A DNA stretch of 64,000 nucleotides from IMG/VR virus record IMGVR_UViG_3300006097_000019, positions 1-64,000 of that record; one strand, given 5' to 3'. Positions 25,954-36,403 of the stretch are shown piece by piece. This DNA comes from a virus. Within the stretch, counting starts at the first letter, position 1; each line of letters opens with the position of its first letter. Made by a program: the position numbers and the translations under genes. The notes under the pieces are model-generated. The model was not told where the DNA came from and ran no database searches. It worked only from the letters and a program-made list of their open reading frames with translations.

Positions 25954-28397
25954 TTGATAGATTTAAAAAATCTAAAACCAAATGTTCCAAAGGTTAGTTT
26001 GGATCAATATATGTGGTTAATTGCTGGTATGTGGAGTGCCACCCTATAAAGTAATTTATAGGAGAGAAACCTTGCGAAAGGTGAGAAATCCCGAAATTAA
26101 GCGAGAAGCCTAAGTCTTATAAAAAGATATGGCAACTCGAACCGAAGGCTAAATGTAAAAGTTTAGTCAGGGGCAACGCATAGGAAATGAAACTTTGTTT
26201 AAGTTGTTTATTTGAGGTGTTGTTAGATTAAGATTAGCAAAGAAGATTTAAACAATCAATTAAATAAACTGTATAAAACATATAAGCAAATATCACATGA
26301 AACAGGAATTAATATTCATACATTGAAATCTTATGCTAAAAAATATAATATAACTAAACTTAAAGCATGGCAATACTATAATAATATTTATGGCAATAAA
26401 ATAGAAGAAATGTACTGTAGTGGATACTTTCTAAATGATATTAAAAATAAATTTAATTTTAACACTGATTATATAATTGTAAAAATTTTAGAAAGTAGAA
26501 ATATAAAACTTAGAACAGCAAGTGAAAATAAAAAAATTAAAGATATTAGATATATTGATAGCACTAATAATAGAAAATATAAAATTAATCATAATTACTT
26601 TAAACAATGATCTAACAATATGGCATACATTCTAGGTTTTATATATGCAGATGGATGTATTACTAATAATTCTTTAAGGATTGTTATTCAAAAAAAAGAT
26701 AAAAACTTATTAGAGATAATCAAAAAAGAAATTGGTGCTAATACAACAATACATGATGAAGTAAGAACTTTAAATAATAAACAATTCTATTCATCAGCAC
26801 TTATTATTAAAAGCGTAAAAATTATAGAAGATTTAATTAAATTGGGTGTAGTTGAAAATAAAAGTTTAGTTATTCATTTCCCTCAAATACCTAGTGAATA
26901 TATTTTAGATTTTATAAGAGGTTATTTTGATGGTGATGGTAGTGTAGGCATACAATATCCATCCAACTCAAAAGGAGTTAAAACAAGTACAGCACAAATT
27001 AGAACTAGGATTTGTAGTGGTAGCAAAGATTTTTTAGTTGACATGCGTGATATTTTGTTTGATAAATATAATCTTAGAAATGTTACAGTCTATAAGTGTA
27101 AAACTAATCTATATGAAATTGCTTATAGTACTAAAAACTCAATAGAAATTTATAATTTATTCTATCAAAATCCTAAATGTTTATTTTTACAAAGAAAAAA
27201 GGATAGCTTTGATAAATTTATTCAAACTAGAATGAATGATTTAAGAAATAAAACAACAACTTAAACAAAGAATATAATTTTCCCAAGAGGTCGGGACTAC
27301 CTAAAAAGGTAGAAAAAATATGCTGAACTGGATTGGAATTGACCAATCGTAACCTATATGGTGATGAGGGAAACCTCCAGAAATATAGGATAAAAAGCCT
27401 ATATGATAACATTTTGGTTCCAAAAGCTGGTAAAACTAGTTTGTTTGCTAAATTAGTTCAGCAATACTATGGTGATGTATCACAAGGGTTACTTTTGGCA
27501 TTTGAAAAAGGCTATCAAGCATTAACAGTTAATGCAGTTGATATTTCTGATTATGAAAATTTTGAAGAATATGTAGATTATTTAGTAGATAACAAAGAAG
27601 ATTTACCTTTTAAACTTATTGGTATTGATACAGCAGATGTATTATGGGATATGGTACAAGAAGATGTCATTAGAGAATGGAATATTAAAAATCCTAACAA
27701 AAGAACAAATGACATTGGTGGAGTTGGAGCAAAGGGTAAATCTGATAGTGGTTTTGGCGTAGGTTACCAAAGAGCAAAACAAAAAGTAAGAACCCAAATA
27801 GATAAACTAACTAAAGCAGGATATGGATTAATGGTAATTACCCATGACAAAGATAAAGAAGTAGAACAAAGAGATGGGCAAAAATTCGACCAATTAGTAT
27901 GTTCGCTTCCTAATTCTGCAAGAGAAGTATTTGTTAATATGGCAGATTTCATGATATTTATCACAATTGAAAAAGAAAAAGATGGCAATGATGTTATTAC
28001 AAAAAGATATATGCATTTTAGATCAGATGGTTATGTAGATGCAGGTAGTAGATTCCAAAACATGCCACAAAAAATTGAGTATGATATAAATGAATTTATT
28101 ACTGTATTTGAAAATGCTGTCAAGGCAGAACTTGGTGATGTTGATTTAGATAAAAAAAGAAAAGAAGAACAGAGACAGAAAGAAGAAGAAGCCAAGGAAA
28201 ATATTAAAAAAATAAAAGAAGAAATATCATTAGAAGATGCAATTGCTAAAGTAAATAAATTAGCAAAAGAAAAAGTGGCAATAGATAAAGAAAAAGTTTT
28301 AGAAATTATTAAAAATCACCAAGCTAACGGAAATCCTAATTCAATAGAAGATGTTGAAATTGCCAAAAAGATAATTGAAGAATTAAAAAGTATATAA
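25954..28397 (+). CDS. AAA_24 / Sak4-like ATPase, two exons split by a group I intron
   Basis: Exon 1 is 25954-26028 (TTG start, ..YMWLIAG). Exon 2 is 27417-28397 (VPKAGKTSLFAKLV..). Joining them restores Walker A GVPKAGKT. Walker B-like LIGIDTAD is present. Confidence 0.7.
26323..26610 (+). CDS. HTH-like ORF in frame with the downstream LAGLIDADG ORF
   Basis: Separated from the ATG at 26620 only by TGA 26608-26610 plus 3 codons in the same frame. The open frame extends upstream of the TTG (..ISHETGINIHTLKSYAKKYNI). Confidence 0.35.
   Translation: MKSYAKKYNITKLKAWQYYNNIYGNKIEEMYCSGYFLNDIKNKFNFNTDYIIVKILESRNIKLRTASENKKIKDIRYIDSTNNRKYKINHNYFKQ
26620..27264 (+). CDS. double-motif LAGLIDADG homing endonuclease
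   Basis: Motif 1 YILGFIYADGC and motif 2 FIRGYFDGDGSVG. Confidence 0.85.
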   Translation: MAYILGFIYADGCITNNSLRIVIQKKDKNLLEIIKKEIGANTTIHDEVRTLNNKQFYSSALIIKSVKIIEDLIKLGVVENKSLVIHFPQIPSEYILDFIRGYFDGDGSVGIQYPSNSKGVKTSTAQIRTRICSGSKDFLVDMRDILFDKYNLRNVTVYKCKTNLYEIAYSTKNSIEIYNLFYQNPKCLFLQRKKDSFDKFIQTRMNDLRNKTTT

Positions 28398-28412
28398 ATC
28401 AATAATTGAATA

Positions 28413-28447
28413 CTACCTACTAGCTTCAAGTTAGTAGGTAGTTTATT
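28413..28447 (+). terminator. Rho-independent terminator
   Basis: 10-bp stem ctacctacta (28413-28422) / tagtaggtag (28432-28441) followed by TTTATT. Confidence 0.65.
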
Positions 28448-28461
28448 AAAAAGGTGATTAT

Positions 28462-28923
28462 ATGAAATGTAATAATAAGTATTGCAAATTAGGTGGAGAA
28501 GTAACCAAAGAAGAAGGAATTAAATACAATAATAAATATTATCACTCTGAATGTTTAAAAATAGTCAAAGATAAACAAGAAATTGTTAGATTATACCTAG
28601 AACAAATAAATCCTAATGAAACCAAAGCAATGCTTAATAAAAGTATATATCAATTAATACATCAAAAGGGATATAGTAGTGACTATGTATTATTTATAAT
28701 TAATTATACAATTAAAAATCAAATTAAACTAAACAATCCTTTTGGACTACACTATGTTGTAACAAATACAGAAGCAATTAAACAATACAAAGAACAAATA
28801 TTAAGACAAAAAGCAAAAATTATAGAAGATAATATTAAAAGTAATGAATTTAATAATAAAGAAGTGGAATTTAGTTATAAACCATCCCAAAAACCAAAAT
28901 GGCTAGAGATAAAGTATAAGTAG
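28462..28923 (+). CDS. hypothetical protein (replication module)
   Basis: 153 aa, N-terminal CxxC..HSEC, directly upstream of the helicase. Confidence 0.5.
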   Translation: MKCNNKYCKLGGEVTKEEGIKYNNKYYHSECLKIVKDKQEIVRLYLEQINPNETKAMLNKSIYQLIHQKGYSSDYVLFIINYTIKNQIKLNNPFGLHYVVTNTEAIKQYKEQILRQKAKIIEDNIKSNEFNNKEVEFSYKPSQKPKWLEIKYK

Positions 28924-28931
28924 GTGATAGG

Positions 28932-30290
28932 TTGAAAGAAAAACTACCACGTGATATTAATGCAGAATGTGGAATAATTGGCTCATTAATTCTTAAACCA
29001 GAATTTGTTTTACATACGCCTTATTTAAAACCTTTCCACTTTTACGAACATGAAAATGGTTGTATTTTCTGGGCAATAAATGAATTAATGGAAAGTGGAG
29101 TTAATAATATAGATGACTTTAATATTATTACTAAATTAGAAGGAGAACAAAAAGTCAAGAATGTATTTGATAATTTGGATATTCCTTCTATTCAGGATTT
29201 TATAGAAAATGCTAAATATGTAGGAAGAACAACATTAGAAGAATATAAATTATTAGTTGATAGGATAATTAATCTTAGTTATAAACGTAATTTACATAGT
29301 AAATTAAATGATTTAAGTAAACTATGTTTCAATGAAAATATAAATGGACTTAGCGAATTAAATCTTACCGTACAAGAAGAATTAGCAAACTTAGCTGAAA
29401 AATATGTATTAGATAAAAATATTCAAACTCTAGGGGAAAGAATAGATAATATATGGGAAGAAATTCAAGACAGAAGAACAGGTAGTGGTTTATCTGGTTT
29501 CCCATCTAAATATCCTTTAATTAACGAATATTTTACTTATGAAACAGGAGAATTAATAATTATAGGTGGTAGGGCAAAGGCTGGTAAAAGTATTCTTTTA
29601 ATGAATGAAGCAGAACATAAAATTAGAGCAGGAGTTCCTACTGCAATACTAGATACAGAAATGTCTACTCGTCAATGGACTGAGAGATTTTTATCTAAAT
29701 TAACTGGTATTAAAGTAAGAAATATTAAATCTGGCAATTATGGTTCTACAGATGAAAAAATATTAAAAGATGCAATTCAGTGGATTAAAAATCAAAATTT
29801 TGTTCATATTTATGATCCAGATTGGACTAAAGATAAAATTTATACTACTGCTAAAATACTTAAAATAAAAATGGGTTTAGAATTTTTAATATATGATTAT
29901 ATCAAAGTAAATGATAGTTCTAGTTTAAATCAAAAAGAACACAATGTTTTAGGAGATTATGCTAATTTTTTAAAGAATAAAATTGGTGGAGAAATGGACA
30001 TTGCAGTATTATCAGCAGGTCAAATGTCACCATATGACACTAGATTAGCCGATAGTGATAAACTAAATAGATATGCTAGTGTTGTTGCTTATTGGATAAA
30101 AAAAGATGATGAAGAAATTGGAACAGATGGTGAACAAGGAGGAAATTATAAATTAAATATTGATTACAATAGACTAGGTGGACAAATGGAGAAAAATGAA
30201 GCAATATATTTCAATTTTAATGGTGATATAGCAAATATTGAGCAAGCACATTATCAAATGTTGAAAGATACTCCTGAATTTTTGAAATAG
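28932..30290 (+). CDS. dnaB: DnaB-family replicative helicase
   Basis: N-terminal PRDINAECGIIGSLIL (DnaB N-domain signature) and Walker A GGRAKAGKS; TTG start. Confidence 0.85.
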   Translation: MKEKLPRDINAECGIIGSLILKPEFVLHTPYLKPFHFYEHENGCIFWAINELMESGVNNIDDFNIITKLEGEQKVKNVFDNLDIPSIQDFIENAKYVGRTTLEEYKLLVDRIINLSYKRNLHSKLNDLSKLCFNENINGLSELNLTVQEELANLAEKYVLDKNIQTLGERIDNIWEEIQDRRTGSGLSGFPSKYPLINEYFTYETGELIIIGGRAKAGKSILLMNEAEHKIRAGVPTAILDTEMSTRQWTERFLSKLTGIKVRNIKSGNYGSTDEKILKDAIQWIKNQNFVHIYDPDWTKDKIYTTAKILKIKMGLEFLIYDYIKVNDSSSLNQKEHNVLGDYANFLKNKIGGEMDIAVLSAGQMSPYDTRLADSDKLNRYASVVAYWIKKDDEEIGTDGEQGGNYKLNIDYNRLGGQMEKNEAIYFNFNGDIANIEQAHYQMLKDTPEFLK

Positions 30291-30296
30291 AGGTAG

Positions 30297-31325
30297 GTGG
30301 TAAAGCACTTGTTGACACAAAATATAAAGCAAAAATTATTAGAAGAACCTAATTTAATAGTAAAAATACTAGAAGAATTAGGTTGTCATAAAATTAATAA
30401 TAAATACAATGGACAAATTAGAAGTGCTTTACCAGATGGCAATAATCCTACTAGCTTACAAATAATTTTAAATGAAAATTTATCTACTATAATATATTCA
30501 AGAACAGATTGGCAAGGTGGAGATTTGATTTCCCTTATTGAATATTTAAAGGGTTATACATTTACTCAAACTTTACAATGGATATGTAAAATTATTGATA
30601 TAGATTATATATTTGATATTAAAATAAAAGATAAAAAACCATCTGAAACATATAAACTACTCAAGCAATACAATAGATTTAATAAGAATGTTTCTAAAGA
30701 AAAAATAATATTAAACGAAAATGTTTTAAATCAATTTATTAAAAAACCACATGAATTATTTATTAATGATGGTATTTCTATAAAAACACAATATAAATAT
30801 GAAGTGATGTATGATATAGATGATAATAGAATTGTATTTCCCATTAGAGATGATGATGGTAATTTATTATCTGTTAAAGGTAGAAGTTGTATAGATAGCG
30901 ATGATATACCTAAATATATTCATTATTATCCATTATCAATAAAAGATTATTTATTTGGTTTGCATCTAAATTATTGGGAAATTTTAAACAAAAATGAAGT
31001 AATACTATTTGAAGCTGAGAAATCTGTGTTACAATGTGATAGTTTTGGTATAAATAATGCAGTAGCAATAGGTACAAATAAATTAAGTGATGAAAAAATT
31101 AAAAAAATATTAAGTTTAAAATGTGATGTTGTATTTGCTTTTGATAAAGGTATTGAGTTAGAAGAAATGCTAGAACAAGCAAATAAATTTAAAAAGTACA
31201 CTAATATAAAAATAATACTTGACATTAATAACATATTAGAAAATAAGATGTCACCTAGTGATAAAGGAAGAGATGTATTTCTACAGTTATATAATAATAA
31301 AATTAAAGTTGGTGAAGATATTTGA
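30297..31325 (+). CDS. dnaG: TOPRIM-domain DNA primase
   Basis: ILFEAEKSVLQ (TOPRIM Glu) and VVFAFDKG (DxD-like); lies next to the helicase. Confidence 0.6.
   Translation: MVKHLLTQNIKQKLLEEPNLIVKILEELGCHKINNKYNGQIRSALPDGNNPTSLQIILNENLSTIIYSRTDWQGGDLISLIEYLKGYTFTQTLQWICKIIDIDYIFDIKIKDKKPSETYKLLKQYNRFNKNVSKEKIILNENVLNQFIKKPHELFINDGISIKTQYKYEVMYDIDDNRIVFPIRDDDGNLLSVKGRSCIDSDDIPKYIHYYPLSIKDYLFGLHLNYWEILNKNEVILFEAEKSVLQCDSFGINNAVAIGTNKLSDEKIKKILSLKCDVVFAFDKGIELEEMLEQANKFKKYTNIKIILDINNILENKMSPSDKGRDVFLQLYNNKIKVGEDI
31201..31221 (+). promoter_or_regulatory. recurrent motif inside the 3' end of the primase ORF
   Basis: ctaatataaaaataatacttg followed by TTGACA. Confidence 0.45.
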
Positions 31326-32071
31326 CTAAAAAATGGTCATTTAGTAGATTAAATGCTTTTAATACTTGTAAATATATGTTTTACATTACTTATATTGAAG
31401 GAAATAGAGGAGAAGATAATAGTTTTGCTCAATATGGAACATTAGTGCATGATATATTAGAAAAATATGCTACAGGTGAATATTTAATATTTGAGTTAAG
31501 TGATAAATTTATTGATAACTTTAACAAAGTAATAACTTATGATTTTCCACCAAATAAATTTGTAGACTTAAAAGAAAACTATTTTAAACAAGGTAAAGCA
31601 TACTTTGATAACTTTGATGGTTGGGAAATGTATAAAATAATTACTGCTGAAGAAGAAGTTGAATTTAAAATAGATGGTTATAAATTAGGTGGATTTATAG
31701 ATTTACTAGTTAGGAATGTGCTTACAGATGAATTAGAAGTAATAGATCATAAATCTAAGAGTGGTTTTAAAAATAAAGAAGAAAAAAACCATTACTTATT
31801 ACAATTATATTTATACTCTATACCAATCAAAGAGAAATATGGTCAATATCCTAATAAATTAAAGTTTAATATGTTCCGCAAAGGCAAGTGGGAAGAAGAA
31901 GAATTTAAGTATGCTAAACTAGAAATGGCTAAACAATGGGTAATTGATACTATTAAAAACATAGAAAAAGAAACAGAATTTGCTCCAACAAAAGATGATT
32001 TTTTTTGTAAATATTTATGTTCACATAGAAATACTTGCCAATATAATCAGGAGGAATTAGATGTTTGTTAA
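31322..32071 (+). CDS. PD-(D/E)XK nuclease, Cas4/RecB-like with Cys cluster
   Basis: N-terminal WSFSRLNAFNTCKYMF, core GFIDLLV..LEVIDHKS, C-terminal CKYLCSHRNTC (Fe-S type Cys pattern). Confidence 0.7.
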   Translation: MTKKWSFSRLNAFNTCKYMFYITYIEGNRGEDNSFAQYGTLVHDILEKYATGEYLIFELSDKFIDNFNKVITYDFPPNKFVDLKENYFKQGKAYFDNFDGWEMYKIITAEEEVEFKIDGYKLGGFIDLLVRNVLTDELEVIDHKSKSGFKNKEEKNHYLLQLYLYSIPIKEKYGQYPNKLKFNMFRKGKWEEEEFKYAKLEMAKQWVIDTIKNIEKETEFAPTKDDFFCKYLCSHRNTCQYNQEELDVC

Positions 32072-35000
32072 CTTGCATTTGCATAGTTGTTACTCATTAT
32101 TAGATAGTATTGCAAAAATAGATGATGTAGTAAATAAGGTAAAAGAATTAAAACAGCCAGCAGTAGCAATTACAGATCATGGCAATGTTTTTGCTACTGT
32201 TAAGGCTTTTAAAAAGTGTAAAAAAGAAAATATTAAGTTTATATATGGTTGTGAAATGTATATATGTGATGATATGACAATTAAAGATAAGAGCAATAAA
32301 TATTATCACTTAGTTATATTAGCAAAAAACGAACAAGGTAGATTAAATTTAAATAAATTATTATCAAAAAGTCACTTAGAAGGATTTTATTATAAACCTA
32401 GAATTGATTTTGAATTATTAAAACAATATAAAGAAGGATTAATTATTTTATCAGCTTGTATGGCAGGTGAAATACAAAGAAATTTATATAATAATAATTA
32501 TCAAAATGCTAAAGAAATTGCATTAAAATATAAGAATGAATTTCAAGATGATTATTATTTAGAATTTCAAAGTCATAATGATAAAGAACAATTAGAACTT
32601 GCTAAGAAAGTAGTTAGTTTAAGTAAGGAATTAAATATTCCATATGTAGTTACAAGTGATGCTCATTATGTTAATAATCAAGATAAAGAATTACATAGTA
32701 TTTTTGTTCAAATAGGGCAAGAAAGAGAAGTAGGAGAAAGTTATAATGATTGCTATATTCAAAATGAAAATGATGTAGAAAATATTTTAAAAAATACTCT
32801 TACTAAAGATGAAATTAATATTGCTATTAACAATACAATAAAAATTGCCAACAAATGCAATGTTAATATTCCACTATCTCCTCCATTAATACCCCATGTT
32901 GATTTTCCACAAGAATTTAAATCAGAAGAACAATACTTAAAGCATTTATGTGCTATTGGTTGGAAACAAAGAAATATTCACGAGTTACCAAAAGAAAAAC
33001 AAAAAGAATATGAAGATAGATTAAAATATGAGATACATGCAATATCAGAAATGGGATTTGTAGGATATTATTTATTAGTATACAGTTATGCTAATGTAGC
33101 AAGAAGAAGGGGTGTTGCTAGGGGTTCTGGTGGAGGAAGTTTAGTAGCTTATCTTCTTAATATAGTAGATATTGACCCTATTGAATATGGTTTATATTTT
33201 GAAAGGTTTATTGATGTATCAGCATTAGACTTATTAAAAGAAGGGAAAATTAATCCTGAAGAATTAAAAATACCAGACTTTGACCTTGATTTTGGAGAAT
33301 TAGACAGAGAGGAAGTTTTACAATTTATTACTAATAAATATGGAATAGATAAAGTTGCTAGTATAGGGAACTTTCAATATATATGGGATAAGTCTGCAAT
33401 AAAAGATGTAGGAAGAGTATTAAATATCTCATTTGCAGTAACTAATGAAATCACCAATCAATTAAAAGATATGACTATAGATGAAGCATTATCAAGTGGA
33501 ATATTTTCTAAATATGAAAAAGAATATCCTACCTTATTCCACTATGCAAAACAATTAGCAGGGTTGCCTAGAAGTTTTGGTATGCATCCATGTGGTAAAA
33601 TTGTTAGTATTAAAGATTTAGATTATTATACTGCAATTGCAAGTAATAATGAAAATATAGTATATCAAGCAGATATGGATGATATAGAAGATTTAGGATT
33701 GGTTAAAATAGACACATTAGGATTAAGGACAGTTGATGTTATATATAATGTATTAGATATGATAGGAAAAGATTATAATTATATTGCTCCAAAAAATATT
33801 AACTTTAATGATAAAAAAGTATTGGAAGTATTTAAGCATGGTAATACACATGGAATATTCCAATTTGAATCCGATGGAATGAAAGCAACATTGAAACAAA
33901 TTCAACCTAATTCATTAAATGATTTAGCTGTTGCTAATGCTTTATATAGACCTGGAGCAAAAGATTATATTTCTAACTTTGCAAAAAGGAAACATGGTCA
34001 AGAAGAATTTGATTTTTTACACAAAGACTTAGAAGGTATTTTAAATACAACTTATGGAATTATGGTATTCCAAGAACAATTAATTGAAATTGGTAGATTA
34101 GCAGGAATGAGAAATCCTGACGAATTAAGAAAAGCCACAGGCAAAAAGAAACCTGCACTAATGGCAAAAGTAGAACCAGAATTGAAAGAAGGACTGAAAA
34201 AAAGAGGATGGACACAAGAACAAGTAAATAAACTATGGGAAGATATGTTAAAATTTGCTAATTATAGTTTTAATAAATCTCACTCTTATGCTTATTCAAT
34301 TATGGCTTGTATAGTTGCAATGTTAAAGGTGTATCATCCATTAGAATTTATGTGTGCATTGATTAATTCCTATCATGGTAAGCATGATAAAATGCAAGGT
34401 TGTTATCTTGAAGCAAAAAGGTTAAATGTGGAAATAGAATTTCCTAAACTAAAAAACACTTCTAATGTTTGCAGGATAGAAAATAATAAATTAATATATG
34501 GCATTAGTCTAATAAAACATTGTAATAAAAAAAATGCAGATGAATTGTTTGAATTAAGTAAAAGTAACTATAATTCATTCTTAGATTTGCTAATAGATAT
34601 AAAAGATAAAACTTCAGTTAATAGCAGACAATTAGATATACTAATTAAATTAGATTTCTTTAATGAATTTGGTAGTAATAAAAAATTACTAAATTATATT
34701 GAATTGTTTAATCAATTTTATGGTAAAAAACAATTAAAAAAAGATAAAGTAGATTATCATAATATTTTAGTAAATTATGCTAGAGAAACAGAAAAATCAT
34801 TCATGGATTTCCAAAGTTATGATTTTCTTGATTACATGTGGTCTACATTAAAAGAAGAAAAATTATCACCATATGAACAAATTATAAGTGAAATAGAATA
34901 TTTGGGTTATGCAATATCAACTTATCCACAAGATAAAAAAGCTGTTATGGTAATGGAAATAGATACTAAATATACTCCAAAACTACAAATATATGCATTA

Positions 35001-35186
35001 GCAACTGGAAAAACTGAAACTGTTAAAATAAGTAAAAATGAATTTAACTATAAAAATATTAAAGTAGGATCAGTTTTAAAAATAAATAAATTAATCACTA
35101 AACCCAAAAATAGAAAAGTAGATGGTAAATGGGAACAAATTCAAGGAACTAAAGAATATTGGATAAAAAGTTATACAATTTTATAA
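32061..35186 (+). CDS. dnaE: DNA polymerase III alpha subunit (PHP domain)
   Basis: N-terminal PHP motif FVNLHLHSCYSLLDS, ITDHGN, and later GLVKIDTLGL and FNKSHSYAYS. Confidence 0.9.
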   Translation: MFVNLHLHSCYSLLDSIAKIDDVVNKVKELKQPAVAITDHGNVFATVKAFKKCKKENIKFIYGCEMYICDDMTIKDKSNKYYHLVILAKNEQGRLNLNKLLSKSHLEGFYYKPRIDFELLKQYKEGLIILSACMAGEIQRNLYNNNYQNAKEIALKYKNEFQDDYYLEFQSHNDKEQLELAKKVVSLSKELNIPYVVTSDAHYVNNQDKELHSIFVQIGQEREVGESYNDCYIQNENDVENILKNTLTKDEINIAINNTIKIANKCNVNIPLSPPLIPHVDFPQEFKSEEQYLKHLCAIGWKQRNIHELPKEKQKEYEDRLKYEIHAISEMGFVGYYLLVYSYANVARRRGVARGSGGGSLVAYLLNIVDIDPIEYGLYFERFIDVSALDLLKEGKINPEELKIPDFDLDFGELDREEVLQFITNKYGIDKVASIGNFQYIWDKSAIKDVGRVLNISFAVTNEITNQLKDMTIDEALSSGIFSKYEKEYPTLFHYAKQLAGLPRSFGMHPCGKIVSIKDLDYYTAIASNNENIVYQADMDDIEDLGLVKIDTLGLRTVDVIYNVLDMIGKDYNYIAPKNINFNDKKVLEVFKHGNTHGIFQFESDGMKATLKQIQPNSLNDLAVANALYRPGAKDYISNFAKRKHGQEEFDFLHKDLEGILNTTYGIMVFQEQLIEIGRLAGMRNPDELRKATGKKKPALMAKVEPELKEGLKKRGWTQEQVNKLWEDMLKFANYSFNKSHSYAYSIMACIVAMLKVYHPLEFMCALINSYHGKHDKMQGCYLEAKRLNVEIEFPKLKNTSNVCRIENNKLIYGISLIKHCNKKNADELFELSKSNYNSFLDLLIDIKDKTSVNSRQLDILIKLDFFNEFGSNKKLLNYIELFNQFYGKKQLKKDKVDYHNILVNYARETEKSFMDFQSYDFLDYMWSTLKEEKLSPYEQIISEIEYLGYAISTYPQDKKAVMVMEIDTKYTPKLQIYALATGKTETVKISKNEFNYKNIKVGSVLKINKLITKPKNRKVDGKWEQIQGTKEYWIKSYTIL

Positions 35187-35205
35187 ATAACATGAATATT
35201 TTTCC

Positions 35206-35234
35206 TTGACAAAAATATAATAATACTTTACACT
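35206..35234 (+). promoter_or_regulatory. sigma70-type promoter overlapping a recurrent-motif variant
   Basis: TTGACA (35206-35211), 17-nt spacer aaaatataataatactt, TACACT (35229-35234). Confidence 0.5.
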
Positions 35235-35270
35235 AAAGGTAGTTAATAAAACAATAAAGGTGATGATAAT

Positions 35271-35462
35271 TTGAATTGTCCGTATTGTGATATTAAGATG
35301 GGATCAGTAGAAAGCGATTTTACAAACAACAGTGGTAAACATAATAAATTTCATTGTTTCAATTGTGTTTCAGAAGTACATTACTTAAAGAATGAGATAA
35401 AAGTATATGACATTAGTAAAAGTGGAGAATTATATTTTTATGAAAATTTACCGTTAATATAA
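35271..35462 (+). CDS. zinc-ribbon miniprotein
   Basis: CPYC...CFNC; TTG start. Confidence 0.45.
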   Translation: MNCPYCDIKMGSVESDFTNNSGKHNKFHCFNCVSEVHYLKNEIKVYDISKSGELYFYENLPLI

Positions 35463-35490
35463 CATTAATACTTAAAGGAGTGGTTGAAAA

Positions 35491-35652
35491 ATGATGTGTA
35501 TGTTTTGTTTAAAAGATATACCTGCAACATTAGAAAATCCAGCAGAATTAATTTTTACTAAAGATAATTTTTATACCAGATGTCCTCATTGTGATAGCTT
35601 ATTAAAAATAATAGGAAGGAGTTGTGGATGTAATTGCAAAACCCATGTATAG
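35491..35652 (+). CDS. zinc-ribbon miniprotein (53 aa)
   Basis: MMCMFC...CPHC..CGCNC; ATG after aaggag SD; read by eye. Confidence 0.35.
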   Translation: MMCMFCLKDIPATLENPAELIFTKDNFYTRCPHCDSLLKIIGRSCGCNCKTHV

Positions 35653-35795
35653 GTTGTAAAAAGTTTTGGTATGTAGGTAGGGGATGTAGTTGTGGAGATT
35701 TTTGCAATGATTTAAAATTATTTAGACTAAATAAACAGGTAAAACAAAATCCTAATGCTATATATACTACACCTAGTGTTGATAATGAAGAGTAA
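35634..35795 (+). CDS. Cys-rich miniprotein (53 aa)
   Basis: TTG start after aggaaggag; CIGCKKFWYVGRGCSCGDFC; preferred over antisense ORF 35558-35890. Confidence 0.3.
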   Translation: MQNPCIGCKKFWYVGRGCSCGDFCNDLKLFRLNKQVKQNPNAIYTTPSVDNEE

Positions 35796-35905
35796 CCACT
35801 ATATCTAGTGTTTAAAATGCCATAAAAGTACAGTTTTATGAAATATAACCATACCAGATTTAAATATAAATAAGGGGTAGTGACCGACACTAAGGAGGAA
35901 ATATA

Positions 35906-36190
35906 ATGAATAATTTTATGAATGAAACCATTAACAGTTTAAAAGAAGAAGTAAAAGAATTAAACAAAAGAATTACTATAACTAGAGAAAATAGAGATTA
36001 TGGTACTTATAAAAATTTAATTCAAGCATTAGAAAGAGTTTTGCATTTAATTAGTAGATATGACTATCAAAGATATTATTCTGAGTATACAACAGAAATG
36101 GATGGCAAACAACAAAAACAAGTTGCTATTTGGGAACAAAATGGAAATGGAGAAATTAGAAATCATAAAATTTGGAATGTAATGAATTAA
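35906..36190 (+). CDS. hypothetical protein
   Basis: 94 aa with aaggagg SD. Confidence 0.5.
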   Translation: MNNFMNETINSLKEEVKELNKRITITRENRDYGTYKNLIQALERVLHLISRYDYQRYYSEYTTEMDGKQQKQVAIWEQNGNGEIRNHKIWNVMN

Positions 36191-36403
36191 CTAAGTAAAT
36201 AAATTAATCTGGTATGGTTATTTAAAATATTTTGTGTAAAAGAATGATTTTATATAGTGAATATTATGTAAATTATGCGACATTAGAGGTGAAGGATAAT
36301 GTGGGGAAAGAACTGCAAAAATTGCCGATATAAGAAATTCAGCATTTTTAGAAAAGTTTGTTGGTTATGTTGGAGAGTTCCTTTTTGAATTTAAAGCAAA
36401 GGA

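Larger units (their letters stand above)
26029..27416 (+). mobile_element. group I intron 3 carrying a LAGLIDADG homing endonuclease
   Basis: Exon ends gctggT. IGS gcca is followed by P2 cctataaagtaatttatagg. Terminal G is at 27416; the downstream exon is in frame. Confidence 0.7.

Noticed and set aside
6603-26610. Genome-wide stop-codon reassignment (TAG or TGA read as sense) to explain the in-frame stops at 6603 and 26608
   Set aside because: TAG and TGA terminate many well-delimited ORFs here and are followed by SD sites of the next gene, for example at 331, 704, 1344, 5166 and 19990. Local mutation or read-through is more likely than a changed code.
27227-27988. Minus-strand ORFs 27227-27412 and 27764-27988, and the first 28 codons of plus-strand ORF 27333-28397
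   Set aside because: The minus-strand ORFs are antisense to the intron 3' end and the ATPase exon 2. The leading codons of the plus-strand ORF are intron sequence read through in frame before the 3' splice site at 27416.
30971-31234. Minus-strand ORF 30971-31234
   Set aside because: It is antisense to the primase TOPRIM region.
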